Assembly: GCF_036365525.1 (NCBI RefSeq)
Contig: NW_027140922.1
Location: 1-64,000 of the forward strand
Origin: Heterodontus francisci
Lineage: Eukaryota
DNA length: 64,000 nt
Reading direction: 5' to 3'
Position numbers and translations under genes: made by a program. Position 1 is the stretch's first letter, and every line of letters begins with the position of its first letter. Positions 38,282 through 50,720 of this stretch are shown in pieces. The notes beneath the pieces were generated by a model, which was not told the origin of the DNA, searched no databases, and was given only the letters and a program-made list of their open reading frames with translations.

Positions 38282-38907
38282 CAAGAGAAACACCTGTTTC
38301 AGATAAAAGCCTGCAGCTCTGTATCCTGTTGGGTTTACCTGTTGCAGTGTGAACATGTCTTTGACATGATGAAGACACAGGTTGCATTGAACGTCGGGGA
38401 AAAGTTGCACGGAAATATCTTCAAGGATGATAGGAGAACTGGGATGATATAATGATCAGAAAAAGACTGAACAGATTGGGCTCTTATCGCTTGAAAAGAG
38501 AAGGCTCAGGAGTGCCCTGATAGAGCTCTTTAAGATTATGAAAGGGTTTTTGATCAGATAAATGTAGAGAAGTTTTTTTTCATTTGCGGGTGAGACCAGA
38601 AAAAGGGGTGGGGCATCAATATAAGACAGTCAGCCATAAATCCAATTGGGAATTCGGGAGAAACATCTTCACCCAGAGAGTGGGGAGAATGTGGAACTCA
38701 TTATCACAGGCTGAGGGGAATAGGGAAGATATATTTAAGCTGAGGGGATGCTGGATAGGACATGAGGGAGAGAGGAACAGAAGGATATGTGGCTGGGGGC
38801 GCGATGAAGAGGGCGTGGAACAACGTTCGTGTGGACCAAAAAGACCAGCATGGATGTATCGGGACGAATGGCCTGTTGCTGTGCTGTAAATTCCCTGCAG
38901 CTGGAGC

Positions 38908-39410
38908 GAGGAGCAGGAGCACAAACAATGTGGGACTAGTCAGTGGAGCTGGGGGACTGACTCCTGGGTGAGTAGCAGGAACACCAACACTGTGGGACTT
39001 GTCAGTGGAGCTGGGGGACTGACTCCTGGGTGAGGAGCAGGAACACCAACACTGTGGGACCAGTCAGTGGAGCTGTGGGACTGACTCCTGGGTGAGTAGC
39101 AGGAACACCAACACTGTGGGACTAGTCAGTGGAGCTGGGGGACTGACTCCTGGGTGAGGAGCAGGAACACCAACACTGTGGGACTAGTCAGTGGAGCTGA
39201 GGGACTGACGCCTGGGTGAGTAGCAGGAACACCAACACTGTGGGACTAGTCAGTGGAGCTGGGGGACTGACTCCTGGGTGAGTAGCAGGAACACCAACAC
39301 TGTGGGACTAGTCAGTGGAGCTGGGGGACTGACTCCTGGGTGAGTAGCAGGAACACCAACACTGTGGGACCAGTCAGTGGAGCTGGGGGACTGACTCCTG
39401 GGTGAGTAGC
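38908..39410 (+). repeat. 62-bp minisatellite (~8 near-identical copies)
   Basis: Unit GAGTAGCAGGAACACCAACACTGTGGGACTAGTCAGTGGAGCTGGGGGACTGACTCCTGGGT; CACTGTG at 38988, 39050, 39112, 39174, 39236, 39298 and 39360. Confidence 0.95.
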
Positions 39411-39411
39411 A

Positions 39412-39730
39412 GCTTTTCTTTGTGATCTTTATCTAAACCTGTCACAATCTTGTACACCTCTATCAGGTCTCCACGCAATCTCAGTTTCTCCAGGGAGAAT
39501 AACACCAGTTTCTCCAACGTAACCTTGTAACTAAAATCCTCCATTCCTGGAACTATTCTGGTAAATCTCCTCTGCACCCACTCTATGACCCTCACCTCCT
39601 TCATAAAATGTGATGACCAGAACTGGAAGCAATTCTCCAGTTGTGGCCTAACTAGAGCATTATAAAGGTTCAGCATAACTTCCCAGTTTTTGTAGGCTGT
39701 GCGTCTATTTATGAATCCCAAGATCTCGCA
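39412..39730 (-). mobile_element. CR1 3' ORF2 fragment
   Basis: ORF 39374-39742: LYNALVRPQLENCFQFWS...RLRGDLIEVYKI. Confidence 0.85.
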
Positions 39731-39856
39731 TTTTTTGCTCATCTCATAGGTTTTTCTATTCCCATATTCTTTGCTACTGTTTCGAAGTACGGCCCCTGAT
39801 GTAATGTAGGAAGAGTGGAAGCCAGTTTCTACAAGGCAAGATCCCAGGAACAGACA

Positions 39857-40700
39857 ACCTGCTGAAGTTGTTGTTGAGTTTGTTGGTGTTTTTCCTGTTG
39901 AGGTGGTTGTTGAATTTGTTGGTGTTTTTCCTGCTGAGGTTGTTGTTCAATTTTATTGGTGTTTTTCTCCTGCTGAAGTTGTTGCTAACTTTGTTGATGT
40001 TTTTCTCCTGCTAAAGCTGTTGTTGGCATTGTTGGTGTTTTTCCTGTTGAAAGCGTTGTTGAATTTGATGGTGTTTTTCCTGTTGAAGTTGTTGTTGAAT
40101 TTGCTGGTGTTTTTATCCTGCTGCAGTTGTTGTTGAATTTGTTGGTGTTTTTCTCCTGCTGAAGTTGTTTTTGTATTTGTTGGTGTTATGTCCTGTTGAA
40201 GTTGTTGTTGAATTTGTTGATGTTTTTCCTGTAATAAGTTGTTGTTGAACTTGTTGGTGTTTTTCCTGTTGAAGTTGTTTCGTTCAGAGTTTAGTTTAGA
40301 GATACAGCACTGAAACAGGCCCTTCGGCCTACCATGTCTGTGCCAACCACCAACCACCAATTTATACTAATCCAACACTAATTCCATATTCCTACCACAT
40401 CCCAACCTGTCCCTGTATTTCCCTGCCACCTACCTTTACCACGGGCAATGTATAATGGCATGTGGGAGGAAACCGGAGCACCCACAGGAAACCCACGCAG
40501 ACACAGGGAGAACTTGCAAACTCCACACAGGCAGAATTGAACCCGGGTCGCTGGAGCTATGAGGCTGCGGTGCTAACAACTGGGCCACTGTGCCGCCCTT
40601 TTCATTGGTGCTTTTATTTTTCCTGTTGAAGTTATTGTTGAATTTGTTAGTGTTTTTTCCTGCTGCAGTTATTTTTGTATTTTTGGGGTGTTTTCTCCTC
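39857..40700 (-). repeat. ~38-bp CAA-rich minisatellite in reverse orientation, split by a SINE
   Basis: Reverse complement of the unit CAGGAGAAAAACACCAACAAATTCAACAACAACTTCAG. Confidence 0.85.
40283..40598 (-). mobile_element. HE1/V-SINE-like tRNA-derived SINE
   Basis: Minus strand starts GGGCGGCACAGTGGCCCAGTTGTTAGCAC...GGGTTCAATT (A/B boxes), has the V-domain-like GTGTCTGCGTGGGTTTCC...GTGCTCCGGTTTCCTCCCACA, and a CR1-type tail. Confidence 0.85.
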
Positions 40701-42086
40701 CAGGGGGACAGCAGAGGGCGAGCAAGCACCAGGAAACACATCAGACTTCACCAATATTGATTAAAAAAATCATCGTTTACATTGTTCTGTAAAATTGATT
40801 CCTTTCTCTCTCTCTTCATGCCTGTTTCTCTGTCTCTGTTGCTCTTGTTATTTTTCCTCTCTCAAACACACTCACTCTCATTCTCTTTCTTTATCCCTGT
40901 CTCTCTTTCCTTCTCTCATTTCCTCTCAGCTCTGTTGCTTTTTCTGTCTCTCACACACACACCCATTCTCATTCTCTCTCTTTATCTCACTCTCTTCTTT
41001 CCTTCCCCTCTCTTTCTCGCCTCTCATTTCCACACTTTCTCTTGCTGTCTGTCTCTATTTCTCTCTCACACGCACTCAGTCTCATTCTGTCTCTCTGTCT
41101 CTAATTAATTCTGCCTATCTCCTCTCATTTCCTGTCTCTGTGTTGCTCTGTCTCTGTCTCTCCCTGTCTGTCTCTGCACCTCCTATTGCCTCATTCTCTC
41201 TATCTGTCACTCGTTCTCTCAATCTCTCTCTCTCTCTCTCTTTCGAACTAATTTTGCCTGAATCATTCCATCTCTCAGTGGCTTTGTTAATCAGTCTGTC
41301 TCTCTCTCTCTGTCTTTGCCTCAGTCTACCTCTCCCTTGCTCTCTCTCAGTTGTTCTCTCTCTCTCATTCTCTCTTTATTTCTCCCTATGTGGGGTTCCC
41401 CGGGATGGCCTCTGCCTGTCCGGCTCTGTTCCCCTCTAAGGTTTTGTTGGTATGATGTGGTCAGAGGGTGCTCTGCAAGGAATACAACGCCAGTGACACT
41501 GGTTATTTGACCTATCTGCAGTTTCCACAGCAGCAGGGGCGGTTTGATCACACTGCTTATAACGAGCCTCCACCTCTGAAAAGAATCTCAAAGTAGTTTG
41601 AGATCTGCTTTCCATATTCCTGCTTTCCAGCTTTAAGACAGGAAACACCACTGTCCCCATTTGGTCCCATTGTTGATGAAGTTAATGTTCGTAATAGTTA
41701 CTTTATGCATTGCTAGACATAATCTCCTCGTCAACCAAATTGAAATAATTTACTGTTCCTTGATGTGAACAGCAGTTAGGATTATTCTGACAGAGTATCA
41801 TCATTAAACATTACCAATTTTCTTTTTTCTCAGATGCAGACTGAATTGGTGTGTGTTCATCCTTCCGAGTTTGGTGCATTTATAGTTTTATCAATGTAAT
41901 AAATCTGATTTATAATTGGGCTTAACTTGTGGAGCAAATATAAGTGTGAATGTAGCAGCGTGACTCTAGAAGAATAATTTGTCTCCTTCTTATTCCCTCT
42001 CTTCTGCTTTTGCCTCTGTCCCTCCCTGTGGCCCACTGTCGTTCTCTCCCCATTGATCTGCCATACTGTGTGAAGAATCTTGTTAG

Positions 42087-42375
42087 ATGTTAGATGGTTC
42101 TCCAGTCCCCAGTGGTCAATGCCCTGGTTCCCGTGGAGGAACCCACGTTCCACAGAAGCATTGGGCAGGGCAACATGACTGAGTGTTGCTTGGACTGGTA
42201 ATTGCAGATTGGTGACTGCCTGGAATGGATCAGATAGAGTGTACTTTCTGCATTGAACTACAGGAAAAGGATTGAAACCCAGCACGAGACTCAGGCAAAC
42301 ATTTTCACTCTGTCATTGAAAAGCTCCCGGGTCCAAGACAACAGCACTTACTACTGCGGGGCTCGCAAGGATACA
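42087..42375 (+). pseudogene. TRBV: TCR V pseudogene 3 (duplicate of pseudogene 1)
   Basis: Paralogous to 36408-36690; first Cys lost, TAA after the FR2 Trp plus the shared TAG; ends QDNSTYYCGAR. Confidence 0.8.
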
Positions 42376-42414
42376 CACAGTGTAACTAGAATGCAAGGAA
42401 ACACGGCAAAAACT
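42376..42414 (+). other. 23-RSS
   Basis: CACAGTG + 23 bp + GCAAAAACT. Confidence 0.88.
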
Positions 42415-43309
42415 TGGGAATTGTGAAATACACCTTACCCCAGTCTCTGGGGGTACGGTAGCATTGCTGTTATGTTACTGGGACTACTAATCCTGAGGCT
42501 TCGACCGAATGATCCAGAGCACAAGAGTTCAAATCCCACCACAGCAGCTGGGGGAATCTAACTAAGCAAACACCACCTTAAATATTCACTCCCTCCGCCA
42601 CCGACGCACAGTGGAAGCAGTGTGTACCAGCTACACAATGCACTGCAGTAACGCACCAAGGCTCCTTCGACAGCACCTTCCACACCCGCGACCTCAATCG
42701 CGAAGGACAAGTGCAGCAAACGCATGGGAACACCACCACCTGCAAGTTCCCCTCCAAGCCACACACCATCCTGACTTGGAACTGTATCGGCCGTTCCTTC
42801 ACTGTCGCTGGGTCAAAATCCTGGAACTCCCTTCCTAACAGCACTGTGGGTGTACCCACCTCACATGGACTGCAGTGGTTCAAGAAGGCAGCTCACCACC
42901 ACCTTCCCAAGGGCGATTAGGGATGGGCAATAATTGCTGGCCTGGCCAGTGATTCCCACATCCAATGAAATAATAAAAGAATGTTTGCAGATGTCACTAA
43001 AATCTGTGCACGGGTTAAGACAGTAGAGGGGTCCTGTGGAATCCAAAGTGATTTCCCTGTGGCAGGGGATTAGGCCACACAATGGCAACTGGCTTTAAAT
43101 TTAGGCAAATGTTGTGTTATGTACGTTGATGGGGCCTGAAATGAATCCAAGTATCACTTGCAGGGAAGACACTGAAAAAGGTCAGCAGAGAATTATTCTG
43201 GTCAGATCAGTGAAGGGTGAACACTGATGTAAAGAGCCTGCAGTTAAAGTTAACGGGTTTTTAGATTGTGTTAATGGAATCATCATGAATCAAATGACTA
43301 GATTTTAGA

Positions 43310-44760
43310 ATAACATGAGAAATCGGAGCAGGAGTAGACCATTCGGCCCGTCGATCCTGCTCTGTCATTCAATTCCATCATGACTGATCCTCTAACTCAA
43401 CTCCACTTTTCCACCCGCTCCCCATATCCCTTCAGTCCATCAGTGACCACATATCTGTCTATCACAACCTGAAATATATTCAATGATGGAGCATCCACCA
43501 CCCCCGGGAGTAGAGAATTCCAAAGATTAACCACCCTTTGAGTGAAGAAACCTCTCCTTATCTCAGTCCCAAATGCTTGACCCCTTAACCTGAGGCTGTA
43601 CTAGATTCCCCAGCCAGGGGAAACAACTTCTCAGTGTCTACCCAGTCAAGCACCTTCAGAATCTTGCATGTTTCACTGAGATCACCTTTCATTCTTCTAA
43701 ACTCCATAGACTATAGGCTCTCTCATCATAGGACAAACCTTTCATCCCAGGAACCAATGGAGTGACCCTTCGTTGTACTGCCACCAAGGCAAGTGTAGCC
43801 TTCCGCGGATCTGGAAACCAAAACTGCGTACAGTAAAGCAGGTGTGATCTTACCAAAGCGCTGGCCAATTGTAACAAGACTTCCTTATTCCTGTACTCCA
43901 ATCCCACTTGCAATAAAGGCCAACAGGCCATTTGCCTTGCTAATTTCTTGCTGCACCTGCATGTGAACTTACTGAGTCTCATGTACGGGGACACCCAAGC
44001 CTCTCTGAACATCAACATCGAGAAGATTCACGCCTTGTAAAAAATTATATTCTTACAACCAAAGTGAACAACCTCATTCTTCCCCACATTATACTCCATC
44101 TGCCAATCACTTATTTTGAAATTATGCTGCCTAGTTCTAGATTCGCCCACCAGGGGGAAACATCCTCTCGGCTTCCAAGCTGTCAATCCCCCTTAAAATA
44201 TTACATGTCTCGGTAAGATCACCTCTCATTCTTCTAAACTCCAGTGGGTATCGGCTCAAACTGCTCAACATTTCCTCATAAGACAACCCCTTCATCCCAG
44301 GTATCAGCCGAGTGAACCTTCTCTGAACTAATTCCAATGCATTTATGTCCTTTCTTAATTACGTAGACCAATACTTTACTCAGTACTCCAGATGTGGTCT
44401 AACTAAGGCCCTGTACAGCTGTAGCAACACTTCCCTACTTTTATATTCTATTCCCTTTGCAATAAACAACAACATTTCATTTGCCGCCCTAATCACTTGC
44501 TGTACCTACATGTTGACTTTTTGTGATTCACGGACCAGGACACGCAGATCCCTCTGTACTGTCGAGACCTGCAGTCTCTCTCTATTTAAATAATATTCTG
44601 AATTCCCATTCTTCCTGCCAAAGTGGGCAAGCTCACATTTGCCCACAGTATACTCCATCTGCCATTTTTTGCCCACTTACTTAACCTATCTATAACCCTC
44701 TGCAGACTCTTTGTGCCCTCCTCACAATTTGTTTTCCAACCTATCTTTCGCATGGTCAGC
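43310..44760 (-). mobile_element. Two adjacent degenerate CR1 3' fragments
   Basis: ORFs 43689-44018 and 44137-44337 (VQRRFTRLIPGMKGLSYEE, RRMRGDL). Confidence 0.8.
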
Positions 44761-45051
44761 ACATTCCTGACCAATCAAAAAATAAGGCAATATTCCATGG
44801 AAGGAAAGGTGGGAATGTTGGGAAGGGAAGAGAGAAAGTCGGGCTAAGGGGCTTGCAGGAATCTGCAAAAATAACAGCAATGCTGCCGAGGGAAGTGCTC
44901 CTCATTTGTTCACTCTGCTGACAGGCGTGGTCGAGGTACAGGATGGGCGGCCAATCGTTCCACTCTTTTCATCACAACCGGTGGCATTTCCATTTACCAG
45001 GCGCTGGCTTGTTGCTCAGTAAGGGCTGCCTCTCTGCTTCTGAGAAGGGCG

Positions 45052-45677
45052 ATGGCACTCTTAGCTAAAAACGTCTCAATCTTGGTTATCTTATTGCTTG
45101 GACATTGGATTTTTTGTAAGTGCTATCCCTTCAGCAGGTGGAAGTAGATTCAATAGTAATCTCCCAAATGGCTATTGGATCAGTGCTTGGAGCGGGGAAA
45201 TTGGGAGGGCAATGGGGTAGGATCAGGGGCAAGTGAGACTAACTCGATAGCTCTTTCAAACAGCCAGCGCAGATACGATGGGCAGAACGGCCTCTTTCTA
45301 TTCTGTTAGATTTTCTGATTTATGCTACCATTTTCCTTCCATGAGTCTGAATTACTTTCTTTTATGGAATGTGATCCAGGGGTTCAGTCTGCACCCACTG
45401 TGGTCCAGACTCCAGCTGCGGCTTCTATACGACCGGGGAAGCCCCTCGCCCTCGGCTGCAGCTTGGAGGGAGCCAGCATGGGCAGCTACACCATGCACTG
45501 GTACAGGCAGGAGGGGAAGGCAGTAAAGTGGATGTGCAATGAGCACGGCAGCTGTGGGCCAGGCTTTGAGAAGCGGTTCACTGTGCAACACGACGCTGCA
45601 AGCAACCGATTCTCCCTGCAGCTGGGCGACCCCCAGCCGACAGACACTGCGACCTACTACTGTGCAGCGAGTATGGG
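45052..45677 (+). CDS. TRBV: TCR V segment 4, apparently functional; leader 45052-45115, V exon 45380-45677
   Basis: Spliced product MALLAKNVSILVILLLGHWIFWVQSAPTVVQTP...LGCSLEGASMGSYTMHWYRQ...DTATYYCAAS; GTAAGT donor, CAG acceptor, phase 1; conserved Cys-Trp-Cys. Confidence 0.85.
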
Positions 45678-45716
45678 CACAGTGATACAACCCTGCTGCA
45701 GAGTGAGACAAAAACT
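45678..45716 (+). other. 23-RSS
   Basis: CACAGTG + 23 bp + ACAAAAACT. Confidence 0.93.
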
Positions 45717-46904
45717 TCCTCACCCTCCCAACCTGCCCCTAAAACACCCAGCTGTGAGCAGCATCATCGTGAAAGCTCAGCAAACCAACGAGCCCCTGTG
45801 TATCCCTATTGGTGACCTTTGCAACACCATTTCATCTGAAAACACTTTACAGCCAGTTAGCCAGAAAGTCATACAGCCTGTATGGTACAGAAGGAGGCCA
45901 TTCTGCCCATCGAGTCCATGCAATCCAGTCAGTCCCATTCTACCTCTCTGTCCCTGCGGCCCAGCAAGATTATCTCCTTCAAGTGTCCAATCAATTTCCT
46001 TTTGAAATCATTCATTGTCTCCACTTCCACCACCCTGGTAGGCAGTGAATTCCCTGTTGTTACCACTCACTGTGTATAGAGGTTCTTCCTCAAATACCCC
46101 AGTATCTATTGTCCATAATCATCAATCTTTGACCAATAGTCCTTGCACCATCCACTAATGGGAGCAGGTTTACTCTGTCTACCTTAACTAACACTGTCAC
46201 AATCTTGTTTCCTCTATCAGATCTCCCCTCAATTGCCTTTGCACCAAGGTAAACAACCCCAGATTCTCCAAAATAACCATGTAACATCCCTGGAACCATT
46301 CTGGTAAAATCTCCTTTGCACCCTGTCATGGACACTCACATCCTTCCTAAAGTGTGGTGACCAGAACTGAACGCAAACTTCCAGTTACAGCCTAACCAGA
46401 GCTTTGGAAATGTTCATCATAGCTTCCCAGCGCTTGTGCTCCATGCCTCCATTTATAAAGCCCAAGAACCCGAGTGCTTTACTAATCCCATATTCGTTGC
46501 TAGTACTTCTTCGAAGTGCAGCCACTGCTGCAAGATAGGAACAGTGGCAGCCAGTTTCTACAAAGCAAGATCCATCGAACAGGCAATAATGTCCAGATCA
46601 TCTGTGGTTATTGTCGGTGCAATTTTGATTGGAGGATAATCATTGCTGAGGATTGCCCCCTCTGACTGTGCAGTTCTGCCCTTCTGGACATCAGAGGTTG
46701 TCCTCTGCACAGTCCCAGGATGTCACCAAAACAAAACCCAATACTAGCCAATGAAATGTTTCTCATTTGTTCAACACATTGACCTGTGTAGTCTAAGCAC
46801 ATGCTTTGTTGTTGGATCATTATGCATAGTTCCTTACATCCGGTGGCATCTGTGCCGAGGAGGACAATATTATTGGTAGCAAATTGGCCCCCTCTAACAC
46901 TGCA

Positions 46905-47640
46905 TCGCAGGAGTAAAACAGCAACAAATTCAAGAAAAACACAAACAAATTCAACAACAACTTCAACAGGTGAAAAGCACCAACAAATTCAACAACTTCA
47001 GCAGGAAAAAAAAATCAACGATTACAACAACAACTTCAGCAGGAGAAAAACACACAAATTCAACAACAAAGTCAGCAGGGATTAAAGAACACCAACAAGT
47101 TCAACAACAACTACAGCAGGGAAAAAAAATATCAATGAATACAACAACAACTTCAGCAGGAGAAAAACACCAAAAAATTCAACAACAAAGTCAGCAGGCA
47201 GTAAAGAACACCAACAGATTCAACAACAACATCAGCAGGAAAAAACATCAACGAATACAACAACAACTTCAGCAACAGTTAAAAAGCCCCACAATTCAAC
47301 AACAACTTCAGCAGTAGAAAAACACCAACAAATTCAACAATAACTTCAGCAGGAGAAAACACCAACAAATACAACAACAACTTCAGCTGCAGTAAAACAA
47401 AACCCAACAAATCCAACAATAACTTCAGCAGGAGAGAAAAACACCAAAAATCCAACAACAACTTCAGTCGGAAGAAAGCACCAACAAATTCAACAACAAC
47501 TTCAGTCAGAAGAAGGCACCAACTAATCCAACAACAACTTCAGTCAGAAGAAGGCACCAAGAAGTTCACCAACAACTTCAGTCGGAAGAAGACACCAACA
47601 AATTCAACAACATCTTCAGCAGGAGAACAACACCAACATT
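46905..47640 (+). repeat. ~38-bp CAA-rich minisatellite (related blocks at 34770-35000 and 37310-37590)
   Basis: Repeating CAGGAGAAAAACACCAACAAATTCAACAACAACTTCAG with divergence. Confidence 0.88.
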
Positions 47641-49922
47641 TAGGGGTGTTGAAAGGGATTGGTGAAGTAGGTGGAAATAACACAGCCGGCACATGAGCAT
47701 TTTGTGGGAGTTTAGGATGGAGGGTTGCTGGGGAGTGTTAATGAGGGTTGCTGGATGGGAGCTCAGCCAAGTAACTGTGCATGTATCGCTTGCATGGAGG
47801 AGGCTGGGGTTAGCTACAGAGCAGTGAGGGGAAAGATTGAAACAGACCAGATGATGTGTCTGGGGGTGAGGACAGGCCATGCAGTGTACACACACCCGTG
47901 TTGAGGTCTCTATTCAATTATATTTCTCAATCTCTCTATCTGCTTTCATTCACAGGATGTGGTTGTGACACTGTTATGCAGAATTCAGTGCCCACCACCT
48001 CACCGTCCTTGAGAAGATGGCGATGAGCCAACCCCCATTGCTGTCTGTTCCCGTCACAGCTTTTGTACGACCGACTGTCTTGCCCGGCCAATGCAGAGGG
48101 CCTTTTAAGAATCAACCATATTGTTGTGGGACTGGAGTCACCTCTTAGGCCAGACCGGATAAGGATGGCAGGTTTCTTTATCTCAGTGACGATGAGTTTT
48201 TTGTCCAATACTGTAGGTTAATGTTCACCATGACTGAGAGCAGCTTTTCATCAATTCCAGCTTTATCTAATGAAGGGAATTGAAATAATCCAGCATGCTG
48301 GGATTTGAATTCACATCTCCAGGTTATTAGCCCAGGCCTTTACATTAATAGCCCAGGAACATAACACTTTGCTACCTTACCCTTTAACCTACTGTTTTGC
48401 CTCAGGCCTAGGAGTGGAAAAATACAAATGTGTGCAGGGCAAACCCACAGAACAGGCTGTTTTTTTTTCTTGCTGCATCCGTGAACATGTTGAAACATTT
48501 ACAGCTGCACTCTGATAACCACACATCCTGACGGTGCCTTTCCTGTCTCTGTGTCTCTCTGTACAATGCGATTCTGTTGCTGTGTTGTGCTGACAAAGTC
48601 CTTCCACATGAGTATGCGAAGGAAACAGCGCAGAGGAATTTGCAGGTGGTTATGGCGACAAATTGAATTGACAGGAGAGATAGGAGGAGTTGCACTAGCT
48701 GGGTTGATCTTGCAGAGAGCTCGCATGGACTCGATGGGATGAATGGCCTCCTTCTGTACTGTAACCAGTCTCTGATTCTATGATCGATTCCCTGTGGTCG
48801 GAGAATCTGAAAATATCTTTGATCAGTTAATCAAGTGTGAAGGAAATGCAGCACCCAACATGTTTACATTGCTTGTTCTTTATTCCCTCGGGTAGAGAAG
48901 ATTAAATGGTGATTTGACTGAGGTGTTTAAAATGATTGAATGGGTTGATCGGCGAGATGGAGATAAACTGCTTCCTCTTGTTGGGGGCGGGGCACGGGGG
49001 TAGAACAAGGTGGTCTAAACCCAAAATTCGAGCCAGGCTATTCAGGAGTGAAGTCAGGAAGTACTTCTTCACACAAAGGGGAGTGGACATCTGTATCCCG
49101 TGCGCAGATTAGTGCTTGGAAGGTAAATAAAATGTATTCATTTTGTACAAATGGTGTGATAGTGAATCCTTCAGAACAACAGTACTTTATTTTTAAGACT
49201 GGCAGCTAAACTATAAAAGCACGTGTTAGAGTGATATTTACCCCATACATGACAGTATTGTTGTTCATTACACCTCTGGATTTATCAGAATGTCTATTGC
49301 ACCATCTATCTCTCTGTATCTCCCTTTCTCTGGATCTATCTATCTATGAATCTGCATATCTATCTTCATATCTATCTATCTCTCCGTCCATTTATCTGTC
49401 TCTCGATGCATCACTGTATCTATCTGTCTATCTATGTTATCCAATTATCTGTATATCTGCCTATTTCATTACCTATCTATATAGAATCTCTATCTATCAA
49501 TATTTATTTACATATCTCTTTCTCTCTGTCTAACGATATATGTACCTCTATGTCTGTCCCTCCCACTCTCCCTTTCTCTCTGTCTCTCTTTCTCTCTCTC
49601 CCTGTCCTCTGAGCTCCTTCACGTCTGTTGTCCATGTATAGATTGTTGCTGTTTTTCTCCCTCTGTCTGTGTGCTTCCCTCTCTCTCTTACTCTCTCTCT
49701 CTGTCTCTGCTTCTCTCCTTTTTTCTCACTCTATATCATTCTATGTCTTTCTCTGAGTCTCTCTCTCTCTCTCTGTGCATCTCTCCCTCTCCCACCTCTC
49801 CCTTTTTACAATGAAACACGGGACATTTCGGGCACACGGGAGATCGTTCGGCCCATCGTGCCTGTCCCCTCATCGTGGCCGATGTCCAATTTAAATCTTG
49901 TCCCTGGGGGTATCTCTATCTT

Positions 49923-49954
<32 letters not shown>

Positions 49955-49956
49955 AG

Positions 49957-50255
49957 ATGTAGGGGCCGTGCTGAACCAACAGTCTCCCGCTTCCATATCC
50001 CATTCCCCAGGCTGTCCAGTCAATATCCAGTGTATTTACACAGAAGCAGTAGCTGGCTCCGCATTCTACCGGTACTGGTGGTATCTGGACCATAAGCCCG
50101 AGAACCTTTTCTATTCCACCTCTGCCGGAACGGTCATTCCCTCCGGTGAGGTGGACGGTTTCACCGCCAGGAGACCCGACAACACCCATTTTCACCTGGA
50201 GTCCTCCAGCCTGTGGGCGAATCAATCAGCCGTGTATTACTGTGCCTGGAGTCAG
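49957..50255 (+). CDS. TRBV: TCR V segment 5 (CAWS type), open frame but canonical Trp41 replaced by Arg; leader uncertain
   Basis: TTTTACAG acceptor; VGAVLNQQSP...IQCIY...FYRYWW...NQSAVYYCAWS; close paralogue of the V at 58358, which has FYWYRW. Confidence 0.78.
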
Positions 50256-50294
50256 CACAGTGACTCAGAAAGGCGCCGGAGTTCAGCAAAAACT
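50256..50294 (+). other. 23-RSS
   Basis: CACAGTG + 23 bp + GCAAAAACT. Confidence 0.9.
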
Positions 50295-50329
50295 CTAAAG
50301 GAGGAGGAAAGCACTTGTGGGAGATAAAC

Positions 50330-50720
50330 CTGTCTGTCTATCTCAGTGTCTTTCTGTCTCTCGGACTATCTGCGAGTTTCTGTGTCTCTTTGTGCGTCTC
50401 TGCATCTATCTATCTGTCTATCTGTCTATCGATCTGTATCTATCTATGTCTATCTATCTTTCTATCTATCTATGTGTCTATCAATCTATCTATAAATCTA
50501 TCTGTGTCTATCTATCTTTGTGTTTGCCTGTCTGTCTGTCTGTCTCTCTGTCTCTATCTATCTATCTGTATCTATCAATCCATCTGTATCTATCTATCTA
50601 TCTATCTATCTATCCATCTGTATCTATCTATTTATCGATCTAGCTGTCCATTTATGGTTATTTGCACCATTTATCTATCTATTTATCTCGATCATATATA
50701 TATATTTGTCATCTCTGTCT
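50330..50720 (+). repeat. Imperfect (TCTA/TCTG)n microsatellite; other CT-rich tracts at 40800-41390, 49300-49950 and 57955-58280
   Basis: Directly visible simple repeats. Confidence 0.9.

Noticed and set aside
29145-40598. tRNA genes
   Set aside because: The tRNA-like sequences are SINE heads attached to SINE bodies and tails.
47956-47990. Possible V exon start (GCGCDTVMQ) after a CAG acceptor
   Set aside because: It runs straight into a reverse SINE, and no Cys/Trp framework or RSS resumes afterwards.
45052-50294. NAR-TCR-like two-V cassette (Cys-rich V4 followed by apparently leaderless V5)
   Set aside because: No D or J segment with RSS was found between them, and V4 does not look like an IgNAR V.
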